Assembly (NCBI GenBank): GCA_038231135.1
Contig: JBBRLX010000018.1
Coordinates: forward strand, 1-64,000
DNA: 64,000 nucleotides
Source of the DNA: Candidatus Eiseniibacteriota bacterium
GTDB lineage: Bacteria > Eisenbacteria > RBG-16-71-46
Direction of reading: 5' to 3'
Of this stretch, positions 38,397-47,994 are shown one piece after another (the first letter of the stretch is position 1; each line of letters begins with the position of its first letter). The position numbers and the translations under genes are program-made. The notes below the pieces were generated by a model. The model was not told the origin of the DNA. It made no database searches and was given only the letters and a program-made list of their open reading frames with translations.

Positions 38397-39110
38397 ATGA
38401 AGAAAGTCCTGATCGTCGAAGACGAAGAAAGCATGCTCGAGGGGCTGGCTCACAATTTCCGGTTCGAGGGGTACGAAGTCATGACCGCCACGAACGGCAA
38501 CGAAGGGCTCAAGCTGGCGCTCAAGCAGAAGCCTGATGCGATCCTGCTCGACATCATGCTGCCCGAGAAGGACGGCTTCACGGTGCTCAAGGAACTGCGG
38601 CAGCGGCACCGCGACATCCCGGTGCTGGTGATGACCGCGCGCAACTTCGAGGCCGACGTGCTCAAGGGCTTCGACCTGGGCGCGGACGACTACGTGACGA
38701 AGCCGTTCGGCATCAAGGAAGTCATCGCGCGCGTGAAGCGGCTCGTCGAGCGCGGCACCGGTACCGCGCCCACGCTGCGCCCCACCACCTATTCGTTCGG
38801 CGACGTCGAAGTGCGTTTCGAGCCGCGCGAGGTGATGAAGTCCGGCAAACAGATCGCGCTCTCGTACAAGGAATTCGAGCTGCTCAAGTACCTGATCGAA
38901 CACCGCGGCCGCACCGTGTCGCGCGAGGAGCTGCTCGAGGAGATCTGGGGCGTCGACGAGGAGCTCGGCGTCACGACACGCACCGTCGATACCCACGTGT
39001 CGAACCTCAGGTCCAAGCTCGGCCAGGGCTTCCCGCAGCCGTTCATCGTCGCCGTGCACAAGGTCGGCTACAAGTTCGTCGAGCCGGAAGGCGCGAAGGC
39101 GACGGGGTAA
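38397..39110 (+). CDS. OmpR-family response regulator
   Basis: MKKVLIVEDE, LDIMLP, GADDYVTKPF, RTVDTHVSNLR; AAGGA RBS. Confidence 0.95.
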   Translation: MKKVLIVEDEESMLEGLAHNFRFEGYEVMTATNGNEGLKLALKQKPDAILLDIMLPEKDGFTVLKELRQRHRDIPVLVMTARNFEADVLKGFDLGADDYVTKPFGIKEVIARVKRLVERGTGTAPTLRPTTYSFGDVEVRFEPREVMKSGKQIALSYKEFELLKYLIEHRGRTVSREELLEEIWGVDEELGVTTRTVDTHVSNLRSKLGQGFPQPFIVAVHKVGYKFVEPEGAKATG

Positions 39111-39126
39111 TGGATCGAGGCTGGCG

Positions 39127-40119
39127 TCAGGATGACGCCGGCGGAGTTCCGCCCGCATTCGTGATGGCGTTCCCGGGATCCTGCGGCTCCACATAGTCCG
39201 CCGCGGCCCGGGCCAGCTTCGCGAACTCGTCGAGGCTCAGCGTTTCGCCGCGACGGGTGGGTGCGATGCCGGCGTGGCGGCACAGGCGCTCGACCTGGTC
39301 CTTCGTGATCCCGAGCGCCTCCTCGATCGTGCTCATGAGCTGCTTGCGGCGCATCTGGAACGAGCCGCGGATGATGCGGAACAGCAGCGCCTCGCTCGGC
39401 ACCTGCACCGGCGGTTCGTCGCGCAGGAAGAACCGCACCAGCATGCTGTCGACGGCGGGCCGGGGCCAGAACGCCGATGACTTGAGCGTCATGAGCGGCT
39501 CGAGCAGCGCGTAATAGCGCGCGAACAGCGTGAGCGAGCCGTATTCCGGCGTGCCGGGGGCGGCGCCCAGGCGCTCGGCGTACTCCTTCTGCACCAGCAG
39601 CACCGCCACGCGCACGACGGCGCGCTGCTCGAAGATCCGCTCGATCACCGGCGTCGTGATGTTGTAGGGAATGTTGCCGGCGACGAACAGCTTGTCGGCG
39701 CCGTGTTCGCGGGCGATCGCTCCGAGGTCGGCTTCCAGGAAGTCGCCCTCGACAATCGTGATGCGCGGCAGTTCGGCGAATTCCTCGCGCAGGTACTCGG
39801 CGAGGCCTGTGTCCTTCTCGATCGCGATCAGGTGGCGCGACCGGCTGGCGAGTGTCGCCGTCAGGGCGCCCGTGCCGGGGCCGATCTCGACCACCACGTC
39901 GTCCTCGCGGACGTGCGTGTGGTCCACGATGCGGCTCGCGAGCTCCGGGCGCACGAGGAAGTTCTGCCCGAACCGCCGGCGCGGCGACAGGCCGCGGGAT
40001 TCGAGGATGTCGCGCACCCGCGTGGGGCCGCCGGACTCGAGCGCCGCGCGTTCGCGCACGAACGCCGGGACGCGGCCGGGATGATCGGTGCTGGTGGGAC
40101 GTTTGCGGTTGCGGGGCAT
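39127..40119 (-). CDS. rsmA: 16S rRNA m6(2)A1518/1519 dimethyltransferase
   Basis: FGQNFL, EIGPGTG, GNIPYNIT, FWPRPAVDS, RRKQL. Confidence 0.96.
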   Translation of the reverse strand: MPRNRKRPTSTDHPGRVPAFVRERAALESGGPTRVRDILESRGLSPRRRFGQNFLVRPELASRIVDHTHVREDDVVVEIGPGTGALTATLASRSRHLIAIEKDTGLAEYLREEFAELPRITIVEGDFLEADLGAIAREHGADKLFVAGNIPYNITTPVIERIFEQRAVVRVAVLLVQKEYAERLGAAPGTPEYGSLTLFARYYALLEPLMTLKSSAFWPRPAVDSMLVRFFLRDEPPVQVPSEALLFRIIRGSFQMRRKQLMSTIEEALGITKDQVERLCRHAGIAPTRRGETLSLDEFAKLARAAADYVEPQDPGNAITNAGGTPPASS

Positions 40120-40217
40120 GCTTCAGTGTACGCAACGCCCGGGCGGGAGCCGAACGGCGGCGGAACCTCCCAGCAGGCGCCGCGCAGGGCTGGCGGCGGA
40201 ACGGCGACCGCGTCTCG

Positions 40218-41276
40218 TTACGCGGGGCGACGCTGCGTGGCGTCGAGCGCTTCCTGAGCCATCTCGCGTGCGTAACGATCCTGGGACTCCAGCGCCTCGT
40301 CGCGCAGCGCGGCAGTGCCTTCGACGCCCAGTCGCGTCAGCGCATAGGCCGAATGCCGGCGCACCCACCACGAGGGATCGGTGAGCGACGCCGCCAGCTC
40401 GGGAACCGCGTCCGACACCCCGATGCGGCCGAGCGCGTGCGCGGCTTGCGCGCGCACTTCCCACGCGTCGTCACGCAGCGCGGCGATCAACGCGTCGGAA
40501 TGCGCGACCGAGCGCAGCCGGCCCAGCGCCCGCGCGGCGGCGACCCTGAGCTCCAGCTCGGGACGTGTGAGCCGCGCGCCGATCGCCGGGGCGGAGCCCA
40601 TGTCGCACGCGGCGCCCAGCCGCTCGATCACCGCGCGCTCGAGCGCGAGGTCGGAGATGCCGGCCGCCAGCCGTTGCGCGAGTATCGGCGTGGCGCCGGG
40701 GCCGAACGCGCGCAACATCGCGGTGCGGGCCCGCGACGGGCGCGCCGCGAAGTAGTAGTCGTGGTCGAAGATCCAGCGCAGCGCCCACGCGTCGCGCTGG
40801 CGCGCGAGCGCCATGACGGCCACGAACGAGACGCTGCTCGGTCCCTGCTCGAGCGCGCGGCGCAGCGCGCGGCGGACCGGCTTCGAAGGAATGAACGACA
40901 GCCGCCGTGCCGCCAGCTCCCGCCGCCACGGTGATTCGGTGCGGAGCAGGCGCCGCTCGTCGCGGATCGCGCGCGACCGCGACAGTGTGTCCGACAGCCG
41001 GCGCCATTGCTTGCGCGTGAGGTCGAGCTCCAGCGCCTCGAGCACGCTCCAGAACATCGTCTCGCCGGCGCTCCGCGCCTGGCGGCGCACCTGCTTCGGG
41101 TCGCCGCCGTCGCGCGCATAGCGGCGCCACGCGGCGACAAGCGTGGTCTGCCGCTCGCGCTGCAGGTGGCGATTGCGGCGTTCGGCCGCGCGCGCCACGC
41201 TGAGGATGCCGAACAACGCGGCCGCGAAGCAGCCCGCCGACAGCGTCCAGACCACCAATACCTGGGGATTGAGCAT
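40218..41276 (-). CDS. Membrane-anchored HEAT-repeat protein
   Basis: N-terminal TM; repeats LRDDAWEVRAQAAHALG and LTDPSWWVRRHSAYAL. Confidence 0.85.
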   Translation of the reverse strand: MLNPQVLVVWTLSAGCFAAALFGILSVARAAERRNRHLQRERQTTLVAAWRRYARDGGDPKQVRRQARSAGETMFWSVLEALELDLTRKQWRRLSDTLSRSRAIRDERRLLRTESPWRRELAARRLSFIPSKPVRRALRRALEQGPSSVSFVAVMALARQRDAWALRWIFDHDYYFAARPSRARTAMLRAFGPGATPILAQRLAAGISDLALERAVIERLGAACDMGSAPAIGARLTRPELELRVAAARALGRLRSVAHSDALIAALRDDAWEVRAQAAHALGRIGVSDAVPELAASLTDPSWWVRRHSAYALTRLGVEGTAALRDEALESQDRYAREMAQEALDATQRRPA

Positions 41277-41330
41277 GTACTGGGTTTTCGGCCCCGGGGG
41301 CGGGCCGCTTGAGGCCGGTCCCCGGGGGGG

Positions 41331-42107
41331 TCAGGGGGCGGGAGCCCCGATCGGGAGCCGGAACAGCTCGCGCGCGTTCGCCGTGGTGATGCGTTCGCCC
41401 TCGGCGGGGGTCCAGCCGCGCAGCTCGCACAGCTTGCGCAGCACCCGCCCGAGCAGCGCCGGTTCGTTCCGACGCAGCGAGCGCGGCTCGGGCTCGAGGT
41501 AGGGGGCGTCCGTCTCCAGCATCAGCATATCCGGCGGCGCGAGGCGCACCGCCTCCTCCAGTTCCGCGTGCCCGTAGGTGAGGCAGCCGCCCAGCCCCAG
41601 CTTGAATCCCAGCCGGTGCGCGCGCTCCATGGCGGCGGGGCCGTCGTCGAAGCAGTGCAGCACGCCCGCGGCCGAGGGCTTTGTCTCCTCGAGGATGGCA
41701 AAGGTGTCCTCGAGCGCCGATCGTTGATGGATCACCACCGGCAGGCCCGTGTCCTCCGCGAGCGCGAGCTGGGCGCGGAACCAGCGCTCCTGGTCCTCGC
41801 GCGGCGCATGGTCGCGGAAGAAGTCGAGGCCAGTCTCGCCGATCGCGACCACCCGCGCGTGGCCCGCATGATCGCGCAGTGTCGCGAGGTAGTCGTCGCC
41901 CACCTTCGCCGACTCGCTGGGATGAACGCCGACGCACAGGAACACGCTGGCGTGGAGCCGCGCCAGCTCGTGGGCCCGCGCGACGATTGCCGGGGCATAG
42001 GCGATCTCGATGAAGTGCCGCACACCGGTGTCGAACGCGCGCCGCAGCGCGTCCTCGCGGTCCTTGTCGAAGCGCTTGTCGCACAGGTGGCAATGGGTGT
42101 CGATCAT
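41331..42107 (-). CDS. tatD: TatD-family nuclease
   Basis: IDTHCHL, GVHP, AIGETGLD, LHCF, ETDAPY. Confidence 0.95.
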   Translation of the reverse strand: MIDTHCHLCDKRFDKDREDALRRAFDTGVRHFIEIAYAPAIVARAHELARLHASVFLCVGVHPSESAKVGDDYLATLRDHAGHARVVAIGETGLDFFRDHAPREDQERWFRAQLALAEDTGLPVVIHQRSALEDTFAILEETKPSAAGVLHCFDDGPAAMERAHRLGFKLGLGGCLTYGHAELEEAVRLAPPDMLMLETDAPYLEPEPRSLRRNEPALLGRVLRKLCELRGWTPAEGERITTANARELFRLPIGAPAP

Positions 42108-42194
42108 CGAACGGAACTCCCGCGGGCTCGAGCCGGGTGCGAACGGGCGCCTTCGTGATCGCGCGCGCGAAACGTGCTACCCATTCTCGCGATC

Positions 42195-42584
42195 ATGACC
42201 GACCACCCCCAGGACCCGCAATGCGCAGGGCCCGCCGCGATGGCGTTCGCCGCCGCCGTGGATGCCGGCGACTTCTCGACGGCGGCGAACCTGCTCGCGC
42301 CGGACTGCGAGTACCGGGCGCCGGGCGTGACGTTGCGCGGGCGCGACGTCGTGATTCAGCGGCTCGCGGCCGATTGGAATGCGCTGGGAGCGGAGTACGA
42401 CGACGTGCGGCGCGACAGCGAGCTGGAGCTGGATTCCGGCGATGCCGCCACGCTGCTGCGCACCGAATATCTGGTAAAGGCGGGCGGGGGATTCGAGCGA
42501 CGGCGGTACCGGTGGGAGATCACAGTCGACGTGGCCAGGCAGGTAGTTCGCGTCGTGAACTGGGGCGCGGATGATCTGAAGTGA
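42195..42584 (+). CDS. SnoaL/NTF2-like small protein
   Basis: FAAAVDAGDF...LLAPDCEY...LRGRDVV. Confidence 0.65.
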   Translation: MTDHPQDPQCAGPAAMAFAAAVDAGDFSTAANLLAPDCEYRAPGVTLRGRDVVIQRLAADWNALGAEYDDVRRDSELELDSGDAATLLRTEYLVKAGGGFERRRYRWEITVDVARQVVRVVNWGADDLK

Positions 42585-42635
42585 TGGCGCGGCACGTGGG
42601 CTGCACGGCCGCGCGTTACGGCGGCAGCCACCCGG

Positions 42636-43856
42636 TCATCGACCGGGACGTGCTCGTGATGGGACGCCACCCGTTTCGCACGGTATTGCGACTTCGACAC
42701 GGATCGTATCGCGGCGTTCATCCGTAACGTCGAACCAGCGCTCCACATCACGACCCGGAAGCAGATGCACCTTCAGTCGCTGCCGCCCCGCGGCCAGCTC
42801 ATCGAATCGGAACCGGCCCAGCGAGTCCGTCGTCGTTCGTGAAGCTCCCACGGAGAGCGGGATGTTTGCGAGGGCAGCGCCCGACCCTCGGGCCACGACT
42901 CTGCCGGTGAGTTCCGCCAAATATGGATTCGATTGCCGCCGGACGCTTTCGCTCACGAGCGCATGGAACTCGGACAGCTTCATGCCGCGGGCGTACGGAG
43001 CGCAGAACACGCGACCCTGAAACACGATGCCATAGCCGCCCGAAATGGGACTGAACGTAACCGATGGAGTGGTATCGGTCCGGTTGGGTTGCAGAAAATA
43101 GATCGTCTCGGCGCCGATGACGAGCGGTGTCGCGCGGGGGTAGGGCACGCTCCACGATGTATCACTCACCATTGGTCCCACGGCGCGAATCGGGAGGCGA
43201 GTCCACTCAGGTCCGGAAGACTTCCAGGATTCGCGAGGGGCGAGATCGATCTCGGTGGACGGGTTCACAGCACTGTCCGGAGTCGCGGGATCACGACTTT
43301 GGACGGTTTGCATGGCCGCGATCGATCCGTGGACGATTGCCACTGAATTGAACACCGCCTGCTCGAAAACCGAGTCCCCGTATCGTCCTTCCCCGGTGAC
43401 GGTGATGTCCATGCAGGTGGTGTCGCTCATGGCGGCGGCGTCAGCTGGCAAGATGCGCACAGCTATGAGCTGTCCGCCGTCAGAACTGTTGGAGCTGAAC
43501 CATCGAAACGCGCTGGTGGCCATGACGGAGTCCACGGTGCTGAACCGTGCGCTCGCCACTACCCAGCCGTGATGGCGAATCCACATGCGCCGGTCATCGG
43601 CGGGAACCCCGGCCCGCAACTCGAAGAACTCCTGACCTGCCCGTGACGGCAAGGGGATCACGTCGCCGGCGCTGACGGTGACGGTGGTGTCGGAGTCCTG
43701 GCGACGACTCACGCTGATCTTGCTGACCCAGTCGATGACATGAACCTGGAGTACGAAGTGCGGCGCCGGAGCTCGTGAACCGCCGCATATCAGAACCAGG
43801 CAAAGCGGGCCCAGCAGCCACAGCCCAGATGACGCAAGCCTGCCGCGTCCGGGCAC
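42636..43856 (-). CDS. Hypothetical secreted protein with C-terminal carboxypeptidase-regulatory-like domain
   Basis: Hydrophobic N-terminus; ELTGRVVARGSGAALAN...TTTDSLGRFRFDELAAG; atypical codons; start uncertain. Confidence 0.55.
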   Translation of the reverse strand: MPGRGRLASSGLWLLGPLCLVLICGGSRAPAPHFVLQVHVIDWVSKISVSRRQDSDTTVTVSAGDVIPLPSRAGQEFFELRAGVPADDRRMWIRHHGWVVASARFSTVDSVMATSAFRWFSSNSSDGGQLIAVRILPADAAAMSDTTCMDITVTGEGRYGDSVFEQAVFNSVAIVHGSIAAMQTVQSRDPATPDSAVNPSTEIDLAPRESWKSSGPEWTRLPIRAVGPMVSDTSWSVPYPRATPLVIGAETIYFLQPNRTDTTPSVTFSPISGGYGIVFQGRVFCAPYARGMKLSEFHALVSESVRRQSNPYLAELTGRVVARGSGAALANIPLSVGASRTTTDSLGRFRFDELAAGRQRLKVHLLPGRDVERWFDVTDERRDTIRVEVAIPCETGGVPSRARPGR

Positions 43857-43860
43857 GCCC

Positions 43861-45594
43861 CTATTCCGCCGTCGCCGAATCCGTCTGCAGCTCGATCCGT
43901 GGGAACAGGATGGTGCCTTCGCCCAGCTTGCGGCCGGCGAGCGCGGGGTCGCCGAACCGCGGCGAAGCCGCCTCGCCCCGCAGTTCACCCGGCTTGCCAG
44001 GCAGGTTGAGCGTCGCCCACAGCTCATCGCTCTTGCCGGGGATCACGGGCCACGACCAGACTGCCACGAGGCGCAGCGTCTCCAGCAGCGCGCTCAGCGC
44101 GGTTGCGAGCTCGACGCGGCGCTCGGGATCCTTCGCCAGCACCCACGGCTTCACCCTCTCGATCAACTCGTTCGCCCGCACCACCGGCTGCCACGCGATG
44201 TCGAGTGCCTCGTGGAGCCTAAGGTCGTGGAACGCCTTGGGCACGCCGGTGTGCGCCTCGCGGGCGGACATGATCAGCGCCTCGAGCGCTTCGCGCGCCG
44301 GTTCTTCGCGCAGCGTGGTCGGCCCCCACTCGGCCGGCACCTCGCCGCCGAAATACTTCTGCACCATCGCGACCGTGCGGCTCGCGAGGTTGCCGAGGTC
44401 GTTCGCGAGATGCGTGTTGCAGTGCTCGACGAACTGCTCGTAGGTGAACTCGCCGTCGCGCCCGGTGGGCACGGCGTGAATCAGGTAGAACCTCAGCGCG
44501 TCGGGCCCGCCGAGCTTCGACAGCTCGATCGGATCGAGCGCATTGCCGAGCGACTTCGAAAGCTTCTCGCCCTTCATGTAGATGAAGCCGTGCACGTAGA
44601 CCTGGCGCGGCAGCGGCACGCCCGCGGCGAGCAGCAACGCGGGCCACAGCACGCAATGGAACCGGCTGATGTCCTTGCCGATCAGGTGCAGCGCGTTCGT
44701 GAACTGGGGCTGGGTCGTGCCCGCCCACGCGGCGCCGGGGCGGCCCTGGCCGTCGAGATGCTGGAACTCGTCCTGGCGAGCGGCGCCCGGCCCGCCGACC
44801 TCGGATTCCTTGGCGAGCCACCACAGCGAATACTTGCGCTCGGGCCAGCCGATCGCCGACAGGTAATTGAGCAGCGCGTCCGCCCACACGTACGCCGTAT
44901 GGCCGTGGCTGTCCGGGATCTCGTCGGGCAGCGGAATGCCCCACGGCACATGGGGCCGGGTGACGCTCACGTCCTGCAGCCCCTCGCGGATCACGTTCAT
45001 CACTTCGTTGCGGCGATAGTCGGGCTGGATGAAATCGGGGTGCGCTTCGAGGTGCTTGAGCAGCGCTTCGTCGTATTCGGACAGGCGGAAGAAGAAGTTG
45101 GTCTCGCGGATCTTGCGCGGTGGTTTCTTGTGCTCGAGACAGCGGCCCTTCTCGTCGAGATCCTTGTCCTGCTTGAACGCCTCGCAGCCGTCGCAATACA
45201 GGCCCTCGTAGACACCCTCGTACAGCACCGCATCGCCGGTCTTCGGGCTGCGCGCGTCCCACAGCCGCCGGAACAACTCCTGCACCGCCAGCGTGTGCCG
45301 CTGATCGGACGTGCGGATGAATTTGTCGTACGACACGCCGAGCACTTGCCAGGCGGCTTTGAAGTGCTCGGCCATGGCGTCGACGAATCTCTGCGGTTCG
45401 AGCTGCGCCGCCTCGGCGGCCTGGGCGATTTTGTGACCGTGCTCGTCGGTGCCGGTCAGGAAGAACGTGGCGTCACCCTGCTGGCGATGGAACCGCGCGA
45501 GCGTGTCGGCCACGACCTTCTCGTAGGCGTGCCCGACGTGGGGCTTGCCGTTGACGTAGTCGATCGCGGTCGTGATGTAGAAACGGTTGGGCAC
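43861..45594 (-). CDS. metG: Methionine--tRNA ligase (short form)
   Basis: FYITTAIDYVNGKPHVGH, TGTDEHG, CDGCE...CLEH knuckle, IGKDI, KLSKS. Confidence 0.97.
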   Translation of the reverse strand: MPNRFYITTAIDYVNGKPHVGHAYEKVVADTLARFHRQQGDATFFLTGTDEHGHKIAQAAEAAQLEPQRFVDAMAEHFKAAWQVLGVSYDKFIRTSDQRHTLAVQELFRRLWDARSPKTGDAVLYEGVYEGLYCDGCEAFKQDKDLDEKGRCLEHKKPPRKIRETNFFFRLSEYDEALLKHLEAHPDFIQPDYRRNEVMNVIREGLQDVSVTRPHVPWGIPLPDEIPDSHGHTAYVWADALLNYLSAIGWPERKYSLWWLAKESEVGGPGAARQDEFQHLDGQGRPGAAWAGTTQPQFTNALHLIGKDISRFHCVLWPALLLAAGVPLPRQVYVHGFIYMKGEKLSKSLGNALDPIELSKLGGPDALRFYLIHAVPTGRDGEFTYEQFVEHCNTHLANDLGNLASRTVAMVQKYFGGEVPAEWGPTTLREEPAREALEALIMSAREAHTGVPKAFHDLRLHEALDIAWQPVVRANELIERVKPWVLAKDPERRVELATALSALLETLRLVAVWSWPVIPGKSDELWATLNLPGKPGELRGEAASPRFGDPALAGRKLGEGTILFPRIELQTDSATAE

Positions 45595-45766
45595 GGTGGG
45601 GTCCCGGGAAAGAGTCGAAGTTCAGTCGAGCCGAGTGTGCGGGCCGAACGTCCCGGCAGAGAGGTGCGGCGCCCCCGCGGGGGCCGCCAGGGCCGGAACC
45701 AATTGGATGCGGGAGCTGCCCAATACGATCGAAGCGCGGCCAAGACCTGTATTCATAGGGGGATCG

Positions 45767-45796
45767 AGTATACGGTCGGGTGGCCCGGCGACTCAA
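45767..45796 (-). promoter_or_regulatory. Sigma70-like promoter for metG (TTGAGT-N18-TATACT)
   Basis: Near-consensus hexamers in very GC-rich DNA. Confidence 0.55.
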
Positions 45797-45850
45797 CGAG
45801 GGCCGAAATGCATGGGCGGCCGTGGCTTGCGGGCGTATTATTGACGAACC

Positions 45851-47932
45851 ATGCGATGGCAGCGGAGCGCACTGGCGGCGGTACTCGTGAGCCTGGCGGG
45901 GATTGGGCCGGCTGGCCGGTCGCATGCGGCCGTTTCGGAAGCCCGGGTGTTCGGTGTCTGGTATCCCCTCGAATCCCATTCACCGGTGGCGCGGCCCGGA
46001 GACTCGTTCGTCACGATCGGTGACTCGTTGCGGGACAGGATTCTCCTGTTCGGATTCCCACACGACACCGCGCAGGTGGTGAACGTCTGGACCTGGGACC
46101 TAGGGCGCGATGATGGCTGGCGACCGCTCGACGTCGGGGGCGATGCGCCCAGGCTCCAACTCGTTTCCCCCGTGAGCTACGACTCGCGAGCGGATCGCAT
46201 CCTCCTGCTGTGCTGGCGTGATCCCGGCCACACGATCGAGGAGCTGTGGTCGCTGGGGCTCGCTGGGGCGCCGCACTGGGCACGCTTGCAGGACGGACCG
46301 GGACCTACGCGCTTCCTTGAATCGCCGCAAACCATATTCGATCCGCATGGGAACCGTCTGGTCGCGTTCTATCCATATTCGGCCACATTGTGGGATCTCG
46401 ATTTCGATGGCGCGAGCTCCTGGCGACAGATCCCGGTATCCGCCAGCATCGGAAACACGGAGGTCAGCACTGCCGTGCTCGACCCCGCCACCGGGGAGAT
46501 GGTCCTGCCAGGAATCGAATATTATCGGGACGGATATGTCCAGGACCGGGTCGTCCTGCGGCTGAACTTCAGCGATGCGAATGTTGCTTCCCTGATCCGC
46601 GTCGTCCCCGCAGGTCCCGAAGACCTCAAGGGCTCGGGGGTGGCCCAGGTCTACGACCCGCGCCGGCATCGCATCGTCAATGCGCCGGGCGCCGGCTTCT
46701 GGCCGACCCTGGCGATCGACGAACCGCGGTGGAAGAGCAACGCCACCGCAAACATCCCCTTTGAACCGGCCATTGTTTCCATGGCCGTGGATGTCCTCAG
46801 GGACCGCATTTTCGCGATCTCATCGGCGCAGACTTATGCGATGCAGCTAAGCGCCGGCGGTGACGCGCCGTTCGCGGAGGAGATCCGGGCCGACCCGGCG
46901 TGGGACGGTCCGAAGTTGCGATGGCGTGTGGGTGGGGCCGTCGAGTTCGCACGGGCAGAACGGCGCGAGGTCGGAGGTGATTGGCTGCCATTGGGTCCGG
47001 CGACGGGCGCCCTGCCCTTTCTGGAATTCGTCGACCAACGGTTCGACGCGAACCTTTTGTACGCATATCGCCTCGTGGGCGGTGGCGGTGGCAACGGGTT
47101 CACGAGCGACACCGTGGGCGTGTTCGTCCCGCTGGATGGGTTCCGGATTCATGCGGCCGGGGCGCGCGCCGACGGCGACTCGGTTCGGGTGGCGTGGGAC
47201 GCCCCCTTCGGAGTTCGCGGCCTCAGCCTCCAGCGCCGCGAAGACGGGCACCCCTGGACGGAGATTCGCAAGGTGGATCTTCCGGTTGGCGAGACGCTTC
47301 GGATCGCCGACGGCGGCCTCGTGGCGGGCGGGACCTATTCCTATCAGCTATGGTTCGATGAACACGGATATGCGAGCCAGAGTGTGGTTGTCCCCGGTCC
47401 ATCGGTCCTGTCCGCCACCGCGACGGGGCTCTACGATCACGCAGAGGTAGCGTGGCGGCTCGGTGCCCGGGTCGAGCGGGCCATCCTCGAGCGCCGCGAC
47501 GCGGTTGTGGACTGGCGCGCGATCGAGGCCCGTGGCACGAGCGCGACCGGAGAGATTCATTTCGACGATCGAACCGTGGCGCCGGGCATGAGCTACCGCT
47601 ACCGGCTCGGTATTCCGGTGGGAGATTCCCTTGCCTACACGGCCGAACTCGAAGTCCGCATCCCGGCGGCGGTCCCGCTGGCGATTCAGGGCACTTGGAA
47701 CGCCGCGTCCGGCGGGCTCCAGGTACGTCTCGCATCTCCGGGTGCGGCCCTTATCCGCCTCGAAGTGTTCGACGTGACCGGTTCGCGGCTATGGGGTGGA
47801 TCGGTGGCGCCCGGCTTCGGAGTTCACGTCGTGCCGCTCTCTGGAACCGGGGCGCTCCGCTCCGGGCTGTATTTCGTGCGGGCGACGCTCGGAACGGCGC
47901 GAGCGACCGGCAAGGTCGTGGCGACGCGATAG
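45851..47932 (+). CDS. Large secreted protein: kelch/propeller-like N-terminus, three FN3-like repeats, T9SS/FlgD-like C-terminal domain
   Basis: Signal peptide; YDSRADR/FDPHGNR/YDPRRHR repeats; three W...ERR...W...D...Y.Y units; LEVFDVTGSRL...SGLYFVRA. Confidence 0.75.
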   Translation: MRWQRSALAAVLVSLAGIGPAGRSHAAVSEARVFGVWYPLESHSPVARPGDSFVTIGDSLRDRILLFGFPHDTAQVVNVWTWDLGRDDGWRPLDVGGDAPRLQLVSPVSYDSRADRILLLCWRDPGHTIEELWSLGLAGAPHWARLQDGPGPTRFLESPQTIFDPHGNRLVAFYPYSATLWDLDFDGASSWRQIPVSASIGNTEVSTAVLDPATGEMVLPGIEYYRDGYVQDRVVLRLNFSDANVASLIRVVPAGPEDLKGSGVAQVYDPRRHRIVNAPGAGFWPTLAIDEPRWKSNATANIPFEPAIVSMAVDVLRDRIFAISSAQTYAMQLSAGGDAPFAEEIRADPAWDGPKLRWRVGGAVEFARAERREVGGDWLPLGPATGALPFLEFVDQRFDANLLYAYRLVGGGGGNGFTSDTVGVFVPLDGFRIHAAGARADGDSVRVAWDAPFGVRGLSLQRREDGHPWTEIRKVDLPVGETLRIADGGLVAGGTYSYQLWFDEHGYASQSVVVPGPSVLSATATGLYDHAEVAWRLGARVERAILERRDAVVDWRAIEARGTSATGEIHFDDRTVAPGMSYRYRLGIPVGDSLAYTAELEVRIPAAVPLAIQGTWNAASGGLQVRLASPGAALIRLEVFDVTGSRLWGGSVAPGFGVHVVPLSGTGALRSGLYFVRATLGTARATGKVVATR

Positions 47933-47957
47933 CGCCCGCCGCGGCGAACACAACCTT

Positions 47958-47986
47958 GTGATACTCGCGTCCCCCATCCGTACAAT
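47958..47986 (+). promoter_or_regulatory. Sigma70-like promoter GTGATA-N17-TACAAT, likely leaderless transcript
   Basis: -10 box ends 8 nt before ATG 47995; no Shine-Dalgarno. Confidence 0.5.
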
Positions 47987-47994
47987 GCTTCGAC

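Noticed and set aside
37194..39110. Extended response regulator ORFs (also 61207-63387) suggesting hybrid proteins
   Set aside because: The extensions overlap the kinases in another frame; proper starts lie at 38397 and 62605
45595..45760. T-box or SAM riboswitch, or Sec read-through, upstream of metG
   Set aside because: No T-box or SAM-I consensus is visible, and read-through would add a non-MetRS N-terminus
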